40,000 nucleotides of DNA from Neisseriaceae bacterium CLB_ANTARCTIC_008 (GTDB taxonomy: Bacteria > Pseudomonadota > Gammaproteobacteria > Burkholderiales > Neisseriaceae). The stretch lies in contig CP166133.1 in NCBI GenBank assembly GCA_041228285.1, positions 1,853,380-1,893,379 of the forward strand, written 5' to 3'. Of the stretch, positions 27,420-36,667 are shown piece after piece. The stretch's first letter is position 1; the number at the start of each line of letters is the position of its first letter. Under the pieces are notes generated by a model, which saw only the letters and a list, made by a program, of their open reading frames with translations, did not search any database and was not told the DNA's origin. The position numbers and the translations under genes are program-made.

Positions 27420-27679
27420 AACAACCAACAATTGAATTGAGCGTGAATGCTGTGCTGAATATGGTGCCAAAGGATGGCCTGCCGCTCTTACAGGATTATG
27501 CGCGAAAGAAGCGAACACCAGATCAGGTAATGCTTCAGATGGAAGCCAAAAAACATATTGATGAAATACCAATGAGTGTCCGTGAGTTTCTAGCATCAAT
27601 TGATGGTCCCCACTGGTTGCCAAATAACGGGCGAGACTGGGTTCCGACTTTCACGTCAAGAAATGATGGGAGAGAGTGA
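27416..27679 (+). CDS. hypothetical protein (87 aa)
   Basis: Translationally coupled at both ends. Confidence 0.5.
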   Translation: MKQPTIELSVNAVLNMVPKDGLPLLQDYARKKRTPDQVMLQMEAKKHIDEIPMSVREFLASIDGPHWLPNNGRDWVPTFTSRNDGRE

Positions 27680-27906
27680 TGCAATTAGTACAACCGACAT
27701 CAATGGCCAATGATTGGCACAAGAGCCGTTTACATGAAGACTGGGCATCACACCCACTGCAACAGCTAATTGATAATGTTGCCTACTGGGAAAGCCGGCA
27801 GGCAGAGCATGCTGCCGATAAATTTCTTCTTGGTGAGCGCAGTGCAATGTACCAAGTCATTCATCTTAAATGGCGTATTGAAAACAAAAAACACAGACCC
27901 GAATAA
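27676..27906 (+). CDS. hypothetical protein (76 aa)
   Basis: GTGATG overlap with the upstream stop; terminator over its stop codon. Confidence 0.5.
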   Translation: MMQLVQPTSMANDWHKSRLHEDWASHPLQQLIDNVAYWESRQAEHAADKFLLGERSAMYQVIHLKWRIENKKHRPE

Positions 27907-27917
27907 GGGTCTTTTTT
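27895..27917 (+). terminator. intrinsic terminator
   Basis: AGACCC-gaataa-GGGTCT followed by T6. Confidence 0.7.
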
Positions 27918-27995
27918 ATTGGATAACGATTATGGACTGGCAACAATTCTACGAGCAAAACCAGCGCCAACAGGAATATGAAGAAAGGCAAGATA

Positions 27996-28643
27996 ATGGA
28001 AAATAACGTTCAGGCTATCTATAAAGCCATCAGCAATATCTCAAATGACCTACTGACAGGCATATCCAAAGGGCAAAAAAACGTACAGCAGGGCTTTATG
28101 TTTCGGGGAATTGACTCCGTCTATAACGCCCTTGCCCCTGCTTTGGTAACTCATGGGTTACTCATCATCCCTCGCATGACTGAGCGCACAGTAACAGAGA
28201 GGGTTACAAAAAACGGCGGCGTATTATTTTATGTAACAGTGAAAGCCGAGTTCGATTTTATTGCAGTGTCCGATGGCAGCAAACTGACTGTATCAACATA
28301 TGGCGAGGCAATGGATAGCGGTGACAAGGCTACAAACAAAGCCATGTCTATTGCTTATAAGTATGCGGCCTTTCAAACATTCTGCATCCCTACGGAGGAT
28401 AACTCCCTAGACCCTGATGCTACCACCCACAAGGATGTACAGCCTGAGCTACCAAACGATGCAAGACAGTACATTGATAGCGTACACATGCTAGAGACGA
28501 TGGAGAGCATTAAAAGTGCCTGGCTCGTTATGAACGAAAAGTATGCAAAGAATGAATACGTGATGAGCCACATTAATGACGCAACCAACCGCCGTAAGAA
28601 AGAAATTACCCAACCCAGTGAAGTCAAAAAGGATGCCGCATAA
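27996..28643 (+). CDS. erf: ERF-family single-strand annealing protein
   Basis: …[35 protein letters not shown]…[33 protein letters not shown] is the ERF pattern; sits directly upstream of ssb with an ATGA-type overlap. Confidence 0.75.
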   Translation: MENNVQAIYKAISNISNDLLTGISKGQKNVQQGFMFRGIDSVYNALAPALVTHGLLIIPRMTERTVTERVTKNGGVLFYVTVKAEFDFIAVSDGSKLTVSTYGEAMDSGDKATNKAMSIAYKYAAFQTFCIPTEDNSLDPDATTHKDVQPELPNDARQYIDSVHMLETMESIKSAWLVMNEKYAKNEYVMSHINDATNRRKKEITQPSEVKKDAA

Positions 28644-29083
28644 TGTCAGTAAATAAAGTAATCCTGCTAGGCCACCTTGGCCGTGACCCTGAAATTCGCT
28701 ACATGCCTAATGGTGACCCAGTAGCCAACTTCTCAATTGCCACCAGCGAGCAATGGCGCGATAAGTCTGGTGAGCGCGTGACCCGTACCGAATGGCACAA
28801 CATCACCCTGCATCGCCGCCTGGCTGAAATTGCTGGCCAGTACCTAACCAAAGGGGTCATGGTCTACATTGAAGGCCGAATCCAGTCACGGAAATATACC
28901 GGCAAGGACGGCGTTGAGCGCGTGGCCTACGACATTATTGGCAACGAGATGAAAATGCTCGGGGGTCGCGGCAACGGCCAGCAGCAAGAGTCTGGAACTG
29001 GCCATCAGGCTGAACTGCCAAGACGGCAGCAGACTAAACCTGCCCCAGTCATGGACGACTTGGATGACGACATCCCATTTTAG
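28643..29083 (+). CDS. ssb: single-stranded DNA-binding protein
   Basis: [41 protein letters not shown]…TEWH…; acidic C-terminal tail DDLDDDIPF. Confidence 0.92.
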   Translation: MSVNKVILLGHLGRDPEIRYMPNGDPVANFSIATSEQWRDKSGERVTRTEWHNITLHRRLAEIAGQYLTKGVMVYIEGRIQSRKYTGKDGVERVAYDIIGNEMKMLGGRGNGQQQESGTGHQAELPRRQQTKPAPVMDDLDDDIPF

Positions 29084-29134
29084 ACTTGAATTTATTACAA
29101 AATCAAAACAGCCCTTATACAGGGTTAGGTACAA

Positions 29135-29743
29135 TTAGCCTCTCTTAAAGTTAGATAGATAATTATTAATTCGCTTGATGTAACCTATCAGTTCAAGATC
29201 CCTATTCATATGAGAGCAGAGAATCTTTTGAAAATCCTTATTCTCATCCTCCCAGTTTCGACCAAACATAGAAACACTAATATTCCTAGCTCTTACGTCA
29301 GATAGTTCGCCTGTTTCTATTCTTTTTATGTTCATTCTAAATACGGAAACCAAGGCTTTTAATTGATAGATTTTGATCATGAGTTCATTTCTTGCATCTT
29401 CACTCAAGAAAGCTGTACTTTTAATATAACCTTCTTCAACAGCAGTTAATTGATAGTGAAATTTAACCCTCATCTTTTCTAGAGTTTCAAAATCTTCAGA
29501 CTGATGGGATGCCATATTAAATTTATAAGCATCAATCAATATCGTAGAATTTAAACTGATAAGATTTGCATAGTTTTCCTCTTTGCGAGACCACCATTTT
29601 TGCCTATAGTAATTTTTCAATGTTACATTAACTGTAAAAAAAACTCCTAATAGAGCGATAGCTGATGGAATTATCAACTTAAGAAGGTCTGCAATAGCCT
29701 GGCTATCCATATTCATCACCTTAAATAAAAATTTACCAATCAT
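29135..29743 (-). CDS. membrane-anchored hypothetical protein (~202 aa)
   Basis: AT-rich, opposite orientation; one N-terminal TM (LIIPSAIALLGVFFTVNV); ATG at 29743 preferred over the track's GTG at 29755. Confidence 0.5.
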   Translation of the reverse strand: MIGKFLFKVMNMDSQAIADLLKLIIPSAIALLGVFFTVNVTLKNYYRQKWWSRKEENYANLISLNSTILIDAYKFNMASHQSEDFETLEKMRVKFHYQLTAVEEGYIKSTAFLSEDARNELMIKIYQLKALVSVFRMNIKRIETGELSDVRARNISVSMFGRNWEDENKDFQKILCSHMNRDLELIGYIKRINNYLSNFKRG

Positions 29744-29878
29744 ATCACCAAGCACCTTAAGGGTGCTTTTTTCGTATGCGAAAGGAAATTTATATGACTA
29801 AAACTCAACACCGCCGTCGTTTATGGAACTGGCAGGCAGTTATCAAGTCTCAACGCAACTTAACCAAGGAAATGAAAC

Positions 29879-30151
29879 ATGAATAAATCAGAACTAATTG
29901 ACGTAGTAGCAGCAAACTCAGGCCTAACTAAAGCTGACGCAGCCAAAGCTGTCGATGGTTTCACCAAGGCTGTAACAGACACCCTAGCAAAGGGTCAGGA
30001 AGTCGCTATCTTAGGCTTTGGAACCTACAAAGTAAGTGAGCGTGCAGAGCGTCAAGGCCGCAACCCAGCCACTGGCGAAGCTCTTACCATTGCTGCTGCA
30101 AAAGTGCCAACTTTCAAGGCTGGCAAGGCTCTGAAAGATGCGCTGAACTAA
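29879..30151 (+). CDS. hup: HU-type DNA-binding protein
   Basis: MNKSELIDVVA…GFGTYKVSERAERQGRNPATGEALTIAAAKVPTFKAGKALKDALN; terminator at 30173-30195. Confidence 0.92.
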   Translation: MNKSELIDVVAANSGLTKADAAKAVDGFTKAVTDTLAKGQEVAILGFGTYKVSERAERQGRNPATGEALTIAAAKVPTFKAGKALKDALN

Positions 30152-30207
30152 GCAGAATTACAGTAACCCACAAGCCCTCATATGAGGGCTTTTTTATTGA
30201 GGTGAGT

Positions 30208-30528
30208 ATGAATGATCGACAGCTTAAGAAAATGTCACGAGCCGCGGCGGACTGGTTTATTGATGAAAAAATTCGCTCACATGGCGAAGTGTTGTTTGAT
30301 GCCGAAATTGGCAGGTGGGTTTGGTTTTCAGATTTAATAGAAGGTGATTACGATGAGATAGATTGCATTGACATGGCCTTTTGTGATTTCGTTGTGGAGC
30401 TAACTAACTGGGACGAATCAAATTGGGAAGAAGTAAAGCCTGCCTACCCAAAAGGCTTCTTCTCATTGTCACAGCACAAGCGCCTGCTCTACGCCATCAA
30501 TTATCTTAAAACACACGCCACCAATTAG
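30208..30528 (+). CDS. hypothetical protein (106 aa)
   Basis: GAGGTG RBS 5 nt before the ATG at 30208; terminator GCCACC-aatta-GGTGGC-T7 overlaps the stop (30517-30540). Confidence 0.5.
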   Translation: MNDRQLKKMSRAAADWFIDEKIRSHGEVLFDAEIGRWVWFSDLIEGDYDEIDCIDMAFCDFVVELTNWDESNWEEVKPAYPKGFFSLSQHKRLLYAINYLKTHATN

Positions 30529-30553
30529 GTGGCTTTTTTTATGGGAGTTTGAA

Positions 30554-30835
30554 ATGCATCCGTTAGATATTTTAGCGTACCAAAAACAATTTAAACCCAA
30601 CTATCACGCAGCAGCCAAAACCTACAACGACCCTCCCCGCCAACCACGCCCAGACAGACCTAAAGACTGGTGCCGTATCGCAAAAGAAGCTCGACAAAAA
30701 GCAATTGAAAATGGTGAAAAAACATACCAGACCAGCTGGGCATGCCGAAACGGGCACCTGGCTCCACAATACACCAGCACGCAAAAGTGCATAGTGTGCA
30801 CAGCTGGGAACTACAAAAAGAAAGGCAAACAATGA
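30554..30835 (+). CDS. hypothetical protein with C-terminal zinc-ribbon-like motif
   Basis: CRNGH…(13 aa)…CIVC; stop overlaps the next ATG. Confidence 0.5.
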   Translation: MHPLDILAYQKQFKPNYHAAAKTYNDPPRQPRPDRPKDWCRIAKEARQKAIENGEKTYQTSWACRNGHLAPQYTSTQKCIVCTAGNYKKKGKQ

Positions 30836-31035
30836 CAAAAATAGGCGTCTTTCATTCACGCAAAACAGCTTTTCAGCGTGGCCTATCAAGCGACAAACAA
30901 ATCCTGATTATCGAAGTCGGCCTATTCTGCAAAAGCAAGAAAGGCTTGGATGTGATCTTTGAAGCACGCGAGTTCACGGATAAAGAACTGGCCCATGCTT
31001 ACTATAAAGAGTTAAGCGAAAGGCACCTGCAATGA
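30832..31035 (+). CDS. hypothetical protein (67 aa)
   Basis: The track ORF is trimmed to the ATG at 30832 (ATGA overlap with the upstream stop). Confidence 0.45.
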   Translation: MTKIGVFHSRKTAFQRGLSSDKQILIIEVGLFCKSKKGLDVIFEAREFTDKELAHAYYKELSERHLQ

Positions 31036-31205
31036 GGCACAACAAGCCGGCCGTGACACTGGGCCGCCAGTTCAACGCAAAGTCGATCATCGAAGGCTTA
31101 CCCTACTCTAATGCACGCAATGCTGATAAGCGGCTTGCACGGCTTAGAAAGCGGCATGATTTAGATCGCAAGTTCAAAGAAGCAATCACAGATATTTTGG
31201 GGTGA
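31032..31205 (+). CDS. small basic hypothetical protein (57 aa, below the track cutoff)
   Basis: ATGA overlap with the upstream stop; its own stop is 1 nt before the next ATG at 31207; fills an otherwise empty gap in a tightly coupled gene string. Confidence 0.4.
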   Translation: MRHNKPAVTLGRQFNAKSIIEGLPYSNARNADKRLARLRKRHDLDRKFKEAITDILG

Positions 31206-31206
31206 T

Positions 31207-31413
31207 ATGAAAACTTACACGCATGAAGAGTTAAACCATATGGCAAATAATAATTATGCCTTTATTACGCCAGACCAGACAAATGCTGTATATGTTGGCC
31301 TGACATCTGGCGGTGCTTTTAAGTTTATAGATGGATTTCGCAGCTACTATGCTAGCAAATCCCTTTCCGTTTTCGGCGGCCACATCACACCGGAGCCACC
31401 AGAAAATGGCTAG
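31207..31413 (+). CDS. hypothetical protein (68 aa)
   Basis: ORF in a coupled string. Confidence 0.45.
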   Translation: MKTYTHEELNHMANNNYAFITPDQTNAVYVGLTSGGAFKFIDGFRSYYASKSLSVFGGHITPEPPENG

Positions 31414-31588
31414 ATGGCGCTCAATCAAACGGCCACCAAAACACAGCCGCAACATTTGGATCAACACCGAAAGCGGTAAGTATCTAGGCATGTATGGCTT
31501 AGCAAGCGGCACTTTCTATATTTTAACCAGCAACACGTCAGAGACGGCCAAGATGGCCAAAGGCGTGCTGGGGTGGCGGGAGGTTTAA
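31406..31588 (+). CDS. hypothetical basic protein (60 aa)
   Basis: ATG at 31406 overlaps the upstream stop; the track's longer start would overlap the previous gene. Confidence 0.4.
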   Translation: MARWRSIKRPPKHSRNIWINTESGKYLGMYGLASGTFYILTSNTSETAKMAKGVLGWREV

Positions 31589-31590
31589 GC

Positions 31591-31788
31591 ATGTGTGAGT
31601 ATTGTGATGGCGTTAAAAAATTAATTTCAGTCGCTACTGGTTTTTACTTTAGTGAAGTTGAGATTTTTAATTCACACCTATGCATAGATCAGGGCCAGTA
31701 TTACAACGGGCATACTGAATCAATTAAAATCAACTACTGCCCCATGTGCGGCGATAAATTAGGGGCCAATGATGACTGTAAAGATTAG
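31591..31788 (+). CDS. small zinc-ribbon protein (65 aa)
   Basis: CEYC…(44 aa)…CPMC. Confidence 0.5.
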   Translation: MCEYCDGVKKLISVATGFYFSEVEIFNSHLCIDQGQYYNGHTESIKINYCPMCGDKLGANDDCKD

Positions 31789-32191
31789 ACCAAAAAGCCA
31801 TACCGCATTTATGTGGTTTATCAATAATAAGCATGAGCTAGTTGTTGATGACTCTCCATCCAAGGTCGTCTCAAATCAAAAAGGAGTTGTTGAGTTTGAA
31901 AATGGCATGGAGTGCACAAGTGACAATTTTGATGACTCATGGGTTCCAGTGAATGATTGGCACCTGAGAAAGATTAAAACACTTTTACAAATTCTGGTGG
32001 ATCAGCTGCCGGCACTGGGCGGCTGGCCCGAAGGGGTTGAATGGTATTCCCAGCTTGACGATGGGTGCGCTTATCTTAAGTTTAATGGAGCCATTCCGCA
32101 CCACCTTATTGGAGGGCGCCTTCAGTTGGCATCCGATCAGGCAAGCGCCATCGTCACTAAAGAGCAATACGAAGCCGCGCTAAATAGATAA
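31769..32191 (+). CDS. hypothetical protein (140 aa)
   Basis: ORF; terminator CCGCC-acta-GGCGG-TA-T7 downstream (32216-32239). Confidence 0.5.
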   Translation: MMTVKIRPKSHTAFMWFINNKHELVVDDSPSKVVSNQKGVVEFENGMECTSDNFDDSWVPVNDWHLRKIKTLLQILVDQLPALGGWPEGVEWYSQLDDGCAYLKFNGAIPHHLIGGRLQLASDQASAIVTKEQYEAALNR

Positions 32192-32244
32192 CGACACGAA
32201 TGTAATGAACAACCACCCGCCACTAGGCGGTATTTTTTTGGACA

Positions 32245-33975
32245 ATGAAAATGAAAAACCTAACCCTTGGCCAACAGATGCGCCAACAAGATTTTGGCTT
32301 TAGAGATGAAGTGATCATTGACCTATTCGCTGGCGGCGGTGGCGCCAGTGTCGCCATTGAGCAGGCGACTGGTCTATTCGTTGATGCTGCCTGCAATCAT
32401 GATGAAGAAGCCATTGCAATGCACACAGTAAACCATCCTCAAACAAAACATTATCAAGCGGATGTGTTTGAAGTAGACCCGAGAGAGGCGTGTGCCGGCT
32501 ACCCTGTCGGCCTCTTACATCTAAGCCCTGACTGCACTCATCACAGCCAAGCAGCTGGTGGTCAGCCCCGTGACAAAGTGATTCGATCATTGGCTTGGGT
32601 CGGCAAGCGTTGGGCGGGCCAAGTAAAGCCGCGCGTCATCACTCTAGAAAACGTCGAGCAAATTCTTAAATGGGGCCCACTTGTGGCGAAGCGAGACAAG
32701 GTGACAGGCCGCGTTATCAAGCTAGACCGATCAGTAGCCAAGCCTGGTGAGTATGTACCGCTTAGCGAACAATTCTTGGTGCCTAACAAGAAGGCCCAAG
32801 GTAAAGCGTGGAAAGAGTTTGTGAACTCATTAAGAAGAATGGGCTATGCCGTTGAATGGAGAGTTGTGGTTGCTGCCGACTATGGCGCCCCAACCACCCG
32901 TAAGCGGTTATTTATGGTCGCCCGATGCGACGGCCAGCCCATCGTGTGGCCGGTCCCCACTCATTTTGAAAAGCCACAAAAAGGACAATTACCCTGGCGC
33001 ACTGCGGCCGAGTGCATAGATTTCAGCAACACTGGTACATCTATCTTTGAGCGTAAACGAGAGCTAGCCGAAGCAACAAAACGACGTATCGCCAAAGGCA
33101 TTCAAAAGTTTGTCTTAGATAACCCACAACCATTCATCGTGCCAATTGCCCACTTTAATGGTAGCGAACCAGTGCACTCAGGCCTAGAGCCACTACGCAC
33201 CATTACTGCCACCCCTAAAGGCGGATCATTCGCGGTAGCCATGCCGGTGTACGCACCTGTGACCATACAAATGGCTCATGGTGAAGGTAAGGGAGCAACT
33301 AAACGTCGTGGTATTGGAAGCAGAGCAATTGATCAACCATTGAACACTGTAACTGCTTCTGGCGGTACCGGAGTGGCCACTGCCTACTTGATGCAAGCCA
33401 ACGGTGGGTTTAACACAACAGTCGGCCGAGCAGCTGACGCACCAATGACAACAATCACCAACACTGGATCACAACAGCAGCTTGTCTCCGCATTTATTGA
33501 GCGACAGTTTCGCACTGGCGCCGGTGCAGACATCAGCAAGCCACTGCAAACGATCATGACCAAGGGTGCTGGGAAGTGCGGCCTAGTTGAATGTGAACTA
33601 AGCGGATCAGAAGACAAGGCACTGCGCGTAGCATCATTCATGATCAATTATTACGGCAATGGCGACGCTCGTGATTTGGCGCGGCCACTAGACACAATCA
33701 CCACAAAAGACCGATTAGCTCTAGTCACTGTGCACATCAGCGGCGAGCCTTATTTGATCACTGATATTAGATTGAGAATGCTTGAGCCAAAAGAGCTGTA
33801 CAAGGCTCAAGGTTTCCCAGACACGTATATTTTTGACCGAGACAGCCAAGGAAGGCCATTTACAAAAACCGCTCAGGTTCGAATGTGCGGCAATAGCGTA
33901 TCACGGCCGCCGTATGAGGCGCTTGTCAGAGCCAACTATCAACCATTAACGATTGCCGCTTTGGCAGTAGCCTAA
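32245..33975 (+). CDS. DNA (cytosine-5)-methyltransferase with very long target-recognition region
   Basis: Motif I DLFAGGGG; catalytic SPDCTHHSQAAG; ENV (TLENVEQI); motif VIII APTTRKRLFMVA; motif X MCGNSVS close to the C-terminus. Confidence 0.85.
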   Translation: MKMKNLTLGQQMRQQDFGFRDEVIIDLFAGGGGASVAIEQATGLFVDAACNHDEEAIAMHTVNHPQTKHYQADVFEVDPREACAGYPVGLLHLSPDCTHHSQAAGGQPRDKVIRSLAWVGKRWAGQVKPRVITLENVEQILKWGPLVAKRDKVTGRVIKLDRSVAKPGEYVPLSEQFLVPNKKAQGKAWKEFVNSLRRMGYAVEWRVVVAADYGAPTTRKRLFMVARCDGQPIVWPVPTHFEKPQKGQLPWRTAAECIDFSNTGTSIFERKRELAEATKRRIAKGIQKFVLDNPQPFIVPIAHFNGSEPVHSGLEPLRTITATPKGGSFAVAMPVYAPVTIQMAHGEGKGATKRRGIGSRAIDQPLNTVTASGGTGVATAYLMQANGGFNTTVGRAADAPMTTITNTGSQQQLVSAFIERQFRTGAGADISKPLQTIMTKGAGKCGLVECELSGSEDKALRVASFMINYYGNGDARDLARPLDTITTKDRLALVTVHISGEPYLITDIRLRMLEPKELYKAQGFPDTYIFDRDSQGRPFTKTAQVRMCGNSVSRPPYEALVRANYQPLTIAALAVA

Positions 33976-33995
33976 CAAATCATTGAATCAACACG

Positions 33996-34019
33996 CCCCG
34001 CCCTGCGGGGTATTTTTTT
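33996..34019 (+). terminator. intrinsic terminator after the methyltransferase gene
   Basis: CCCCGC-cct-GCGGGG followed by TA-T7. Confidence 0.7.
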
Positions 34020-34031
34020 GGAGCATCCAAC

Positions 34032-34355
34032 ATGATTACTTTTTCACTAGAAGAGGCATCCCCCATTCTTGGTGCGCATCCTGAGACATTACGCAGAAAG
34101 TGTAAATCAGGTGAGATTAGAGCATTTAAATCTGGTCGCGCCTGGCGAATTGCCAAAGAAGCTCTTGCAGATTACATCAAAGACAAAGAAAATGAACGCT
34201 TGCAGGAAGTGCGGGCGGAAGGGAGTAAGAAATGCCAATCCGATTACGTAACGGAATTTACTATATCGACATTGTTACCTCGTCAGGGAACCGTATTAGA
34301 CGATCTTCTGGCACCAGCGACAAGAAAAAGGCCCAAGAGCTGCACGATAAACTAA
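34032..34355 (+). CDS. xis: excisionase-family HTH protein
   Basis: LEEASPILGAHPETLRRKCKSGEIRAFKSGRAWRIAKEALADYI (MerR/excisionase-type HTH); GGAG RBS; its 3' end overlaps int by 124 nt in another frame. Confidence 0.6.
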   Translation: MITFSLEEASPILGAHPETLRRKCKSGEIRAFKSGRAWRIAKEALADYIKDKENERLQEVRAEGSKKCQSDYVTEFTISTLLPRQGTVLDDLLAPATRKRPKSCTIN

Positions 34356-35347
34356 AGCATGAACTATGGGCCGTCGAAAGACTGGGCGAAAAACCTAAAA
34401 GAACATGGGATGAAGCCTGTGTGCGCTTTCTTCAAGAAAAAGCACATAAAAAAAGCCTTGAAGACGATAAGCAAAAAATGCGCTTATTGGTACAGCTTCG
34501 AGGAATGCTTTTAACTGATATTACCCGTGATTTTATTATGGGTACTGTATCGAAACTCAGCTGTGGAAACTCTACCAAAAACCGCTACCTCACGTTGATC
34601 CGTACAGTCTTAAATCTGTGCGCTGGCGAATGGGAATGGATTGATAGAGCGCCCAAGTTGACTTTATACAAAGAGCCTAAAAAGCGGATTCGCTGGATTA
34701 CTCGCGATGAGGCTAACAGGCTTATATCCGTTTTACACCGTGTCTATGCTGATTTAGCCGAGTTTAGCTTTATGACCGGCCTACGCCAGTCTAATGCCCT
34801 TACTTTGGAATGGTCTCAAGTCGATTTAGAAAGACAGGTCGCATGGATCCACCCAGACCAGGCCAAAGCAGGAAAACCGATAGGTGTGCCGCTGAACGAA
34901 AACGCCATGAATGTTCTACGGCGCCGGTTTGCCATTCGAAAAATGCACCAAATATTTGTCTCAAACCTACCTAGAGCTAGCCAGCTCAAAATGGACTTTA
35001 CTAGATATGTCTTTGTAAGCGACATAACTAAACGACCATTGACCAGCATTAGCTCAGAAATCTGGAAGGCGGCACTCGATGAGGCAGGTATTAAAGATTT
35101 TCGTTGGCACGACATTAGGCACACCTGGGCAAGCTGGTTAGTCCAAAGTGGCGTTGGCTTACTTGAGTTAAAAGAAATGGGTGGCTGGGAAAGTGTCGAG
35201 ATGGTCCAGAAGTATGCTCACTTAGCACCACAACATTTACACAAAAACGCTGTTCTATTAGAGACCCCACGAGCCATGGGTTTGGCACAAGATGTCACAA
35301 ATCTGGCACACGTAAAAAATCCCCTGCTACCTTGGACAGTAAACTAG
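34232..35347 (+). CDS. int: tyrosine integrase
   Basis: N-terminal RNGIYYIDI…RRSSGTSDKKKA; catalytic residues in MTGLRQSN, WHDIRHTWASW and VQKYAHL; adjacent to a tRNA 3' end. Confidence 0.92.
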   Translation: MPIRLRNGIYYIDIVTSSGNRIRRSSGTSDKKKAQELHDKLKHELWAVERLGEKPKRTWDEACVRFLQEKAHKKSLEDDKQKMRLLVQLRGMLLTDITRDFIMGTVSKLSCGNSTKNRYLTLIRTVLNLCAGEWEWIDRAPKLTLYKEPKKRIRWITRDEANRLISVLHRVYADLAEFSFMTGLRQSNALTLEWSQVDLERQVAWIHPDQAKAGKPIGVPLNENAMNVLRRRFAIRKMHQIFVSNLPRASQLKMDFTRYVFVSDITKRPLTSISSEIWKAALDEAGIKDFRWHDIRHTWASWLVQSGVGLLELKEMGGWESVEMVQKYAHLAPQHLHKNAVLLETPRAMGLAQDVTNLAHVKNPLLPWTVN

Positions 35348-35385
35348 GGGATTTTTTGGAGATTTACGTATGTAAATCAATGTTC

Positions 35386-35476
35386 TGGCGGAGGCGGTGA
35401 GATTCGAACTCACGGAAGGGTATAAGCCTTCGACGGTTTTCAAGACCGTTGCATTCAACCGCTCTGCCACGCCTCC
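35386..35476 (-). tRNA. tRNA-Ser (anticodon UGA), CCA encoded
   Basis: Reverse complement GGAGGCGTGGCAGAGCGGTTGAATGCAACGGTCTTGAAAACCGTCGAAGGCTTATACCCTTCCGTGAGTTCGAATCTCACCGCCTCCGCCA. Anticodon stem-loop ACGGT-CTTGAAA-ACCGT; long variable arm; 91 nt. Confidence 0.92.
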
Positions 35477-35569
35477 TTAAGAGATGCGTATAGTACCTAA
35501 TAACCACGGGCTTGCCAAGCCTTTTTTTACTTTTTTATTGGTTTATTTTATAACCTATTCTTTATAAAG

Positions 35570-36343
35570 TTATTGTTCTTCTCTCAAGTACACCCACTCA
35601 TGCGCTTTTGAGTGTTCATCGCTATAGCGATAGCCCGCTAGATCGAAGTTCTTCAGGGCTTCTGGCGTGTTTATTTGATTTTCAGCGGCATATTTCACCA
35701 TCAAACCTCGGGCTTTTTTGGCGTAAAAGCTGATGATTTTGTATTCACCGTTCTTTTTGTCCTTAAAAACAGGCGTAATGATGGGATAAGCCAAGGTTTT
35801 TAAGTCTACTGCTTTAAAGTATTCATTAGACGCCAGGTTGATCAGCGTTGTGTGGCCACCTTCGCGCATGTACTGATTGATTTGTTTGGCGATGGTCTGG
35901 CCCCAATAAGCATATAGATTAGCGCCTTTAGCATTCTGTAATTTAGTGCCCATCTCTAAGCGGTAAGGCTGCATTAAATCTAAAGGCTTTAAAATGCCAT
36001 ACAGCCCTGACAAAATGCCTAGATGCTGTTGCAGATAGTCGGTGGCCGCTGGCGTTAAATGGTAGGCGTCTAGGCCATCATAAACATCACCTTTAAAGAG
36101 ATACACTGCCTGTTTTGCATTTTTTAAATCAAATGGCGTCGCCCACTCACCAAATCGCTCGCTATTCAATAAGGCAATCTTATCCGACACCTTCATCAGC
36201 TCGGCAATCGCCTGCGGCGACAGTTTGCGGCAAACCTTAATTAAAGCTTCGCTATGTGCCAACAAAGGGCTTTGGGTATACGTTTGAGTGGGTGCGGGTG
36301 TGGTTTCATCTAGGGTTTTTGCGGGTGATAATACAAAGAACAT
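35570..36343 (-). CDS. yaaA: YaaA-family (UPF0246/DUF328) peroxide-stress protein
   Basis: MFFVLSPAKTLD…; LSGLYGILKPLDLMQPYRLEMG; full-length collinear pattern. Confidence 0.85.
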   Translation of the reverse strand: MFFVLSPAKTLDETTPAPTQTYTQSPLLAHSEALIKVCRKLSPQAIAELMKVSDKIALLNSERFGEWATPFDLKNAKQAVYLFKGDVYDGLDAYHLTPAATDYLQQHLGILSGLYGILKPLDLMQPYRLEMGTKLQNAKGANLYAYWGQTIAKQINQYMREGGHTTLINLASNEYFKAVDLKTLAYPIITPVFKDKKNGEYKIISFYAKKARGLMVKYAAENQINTPEALKNFDLAGYRYSDEHSKAHEWVYLREEQ

Positions 36344-36667
36344 AAGGCCCCCTTATCATTAATTAATCATAAATAGTAAAGCTCATTCTATCAGCCCCTC
36401 AGCCGGCCTCATAGGGTTAAATAATTAAGATTAACTATAGGTCATGATCAAAAATATAGGCCAAAATGAATTTAAATTAGAGTGACTATACAAACCCCTC
36501 AATCCTGCTTTATGATGGCTGTAGGCCTTTATTTTATGTACGCATGGTTTCTGTTTCGACTAGCAGAACAGCCCCTCAGAAGCCATCCCTACCGCTTTAT
36601 TTGGCCTAGTGGCGCAGCCACTAGCGACACCATAAATATAATTCGTTTCGTACAAAGGAGTCTTAAC

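Noticed and set aside
27159-27623. 154-aa minus-strand ORF
   Set aside because: It lies antisense to two translationally coupled plus-strand genes and runs across the strong plus-strand terminator. No RBS.
36482-36667. 62-codon N-terminal extension of gabT from the track
   Set aside because: The extension is hydrophobic and non-conserved-looking. An AGGAG RBS precedes the ATG at 36668, which gives the standard MSQNQ… aminotransferase N-terminus.
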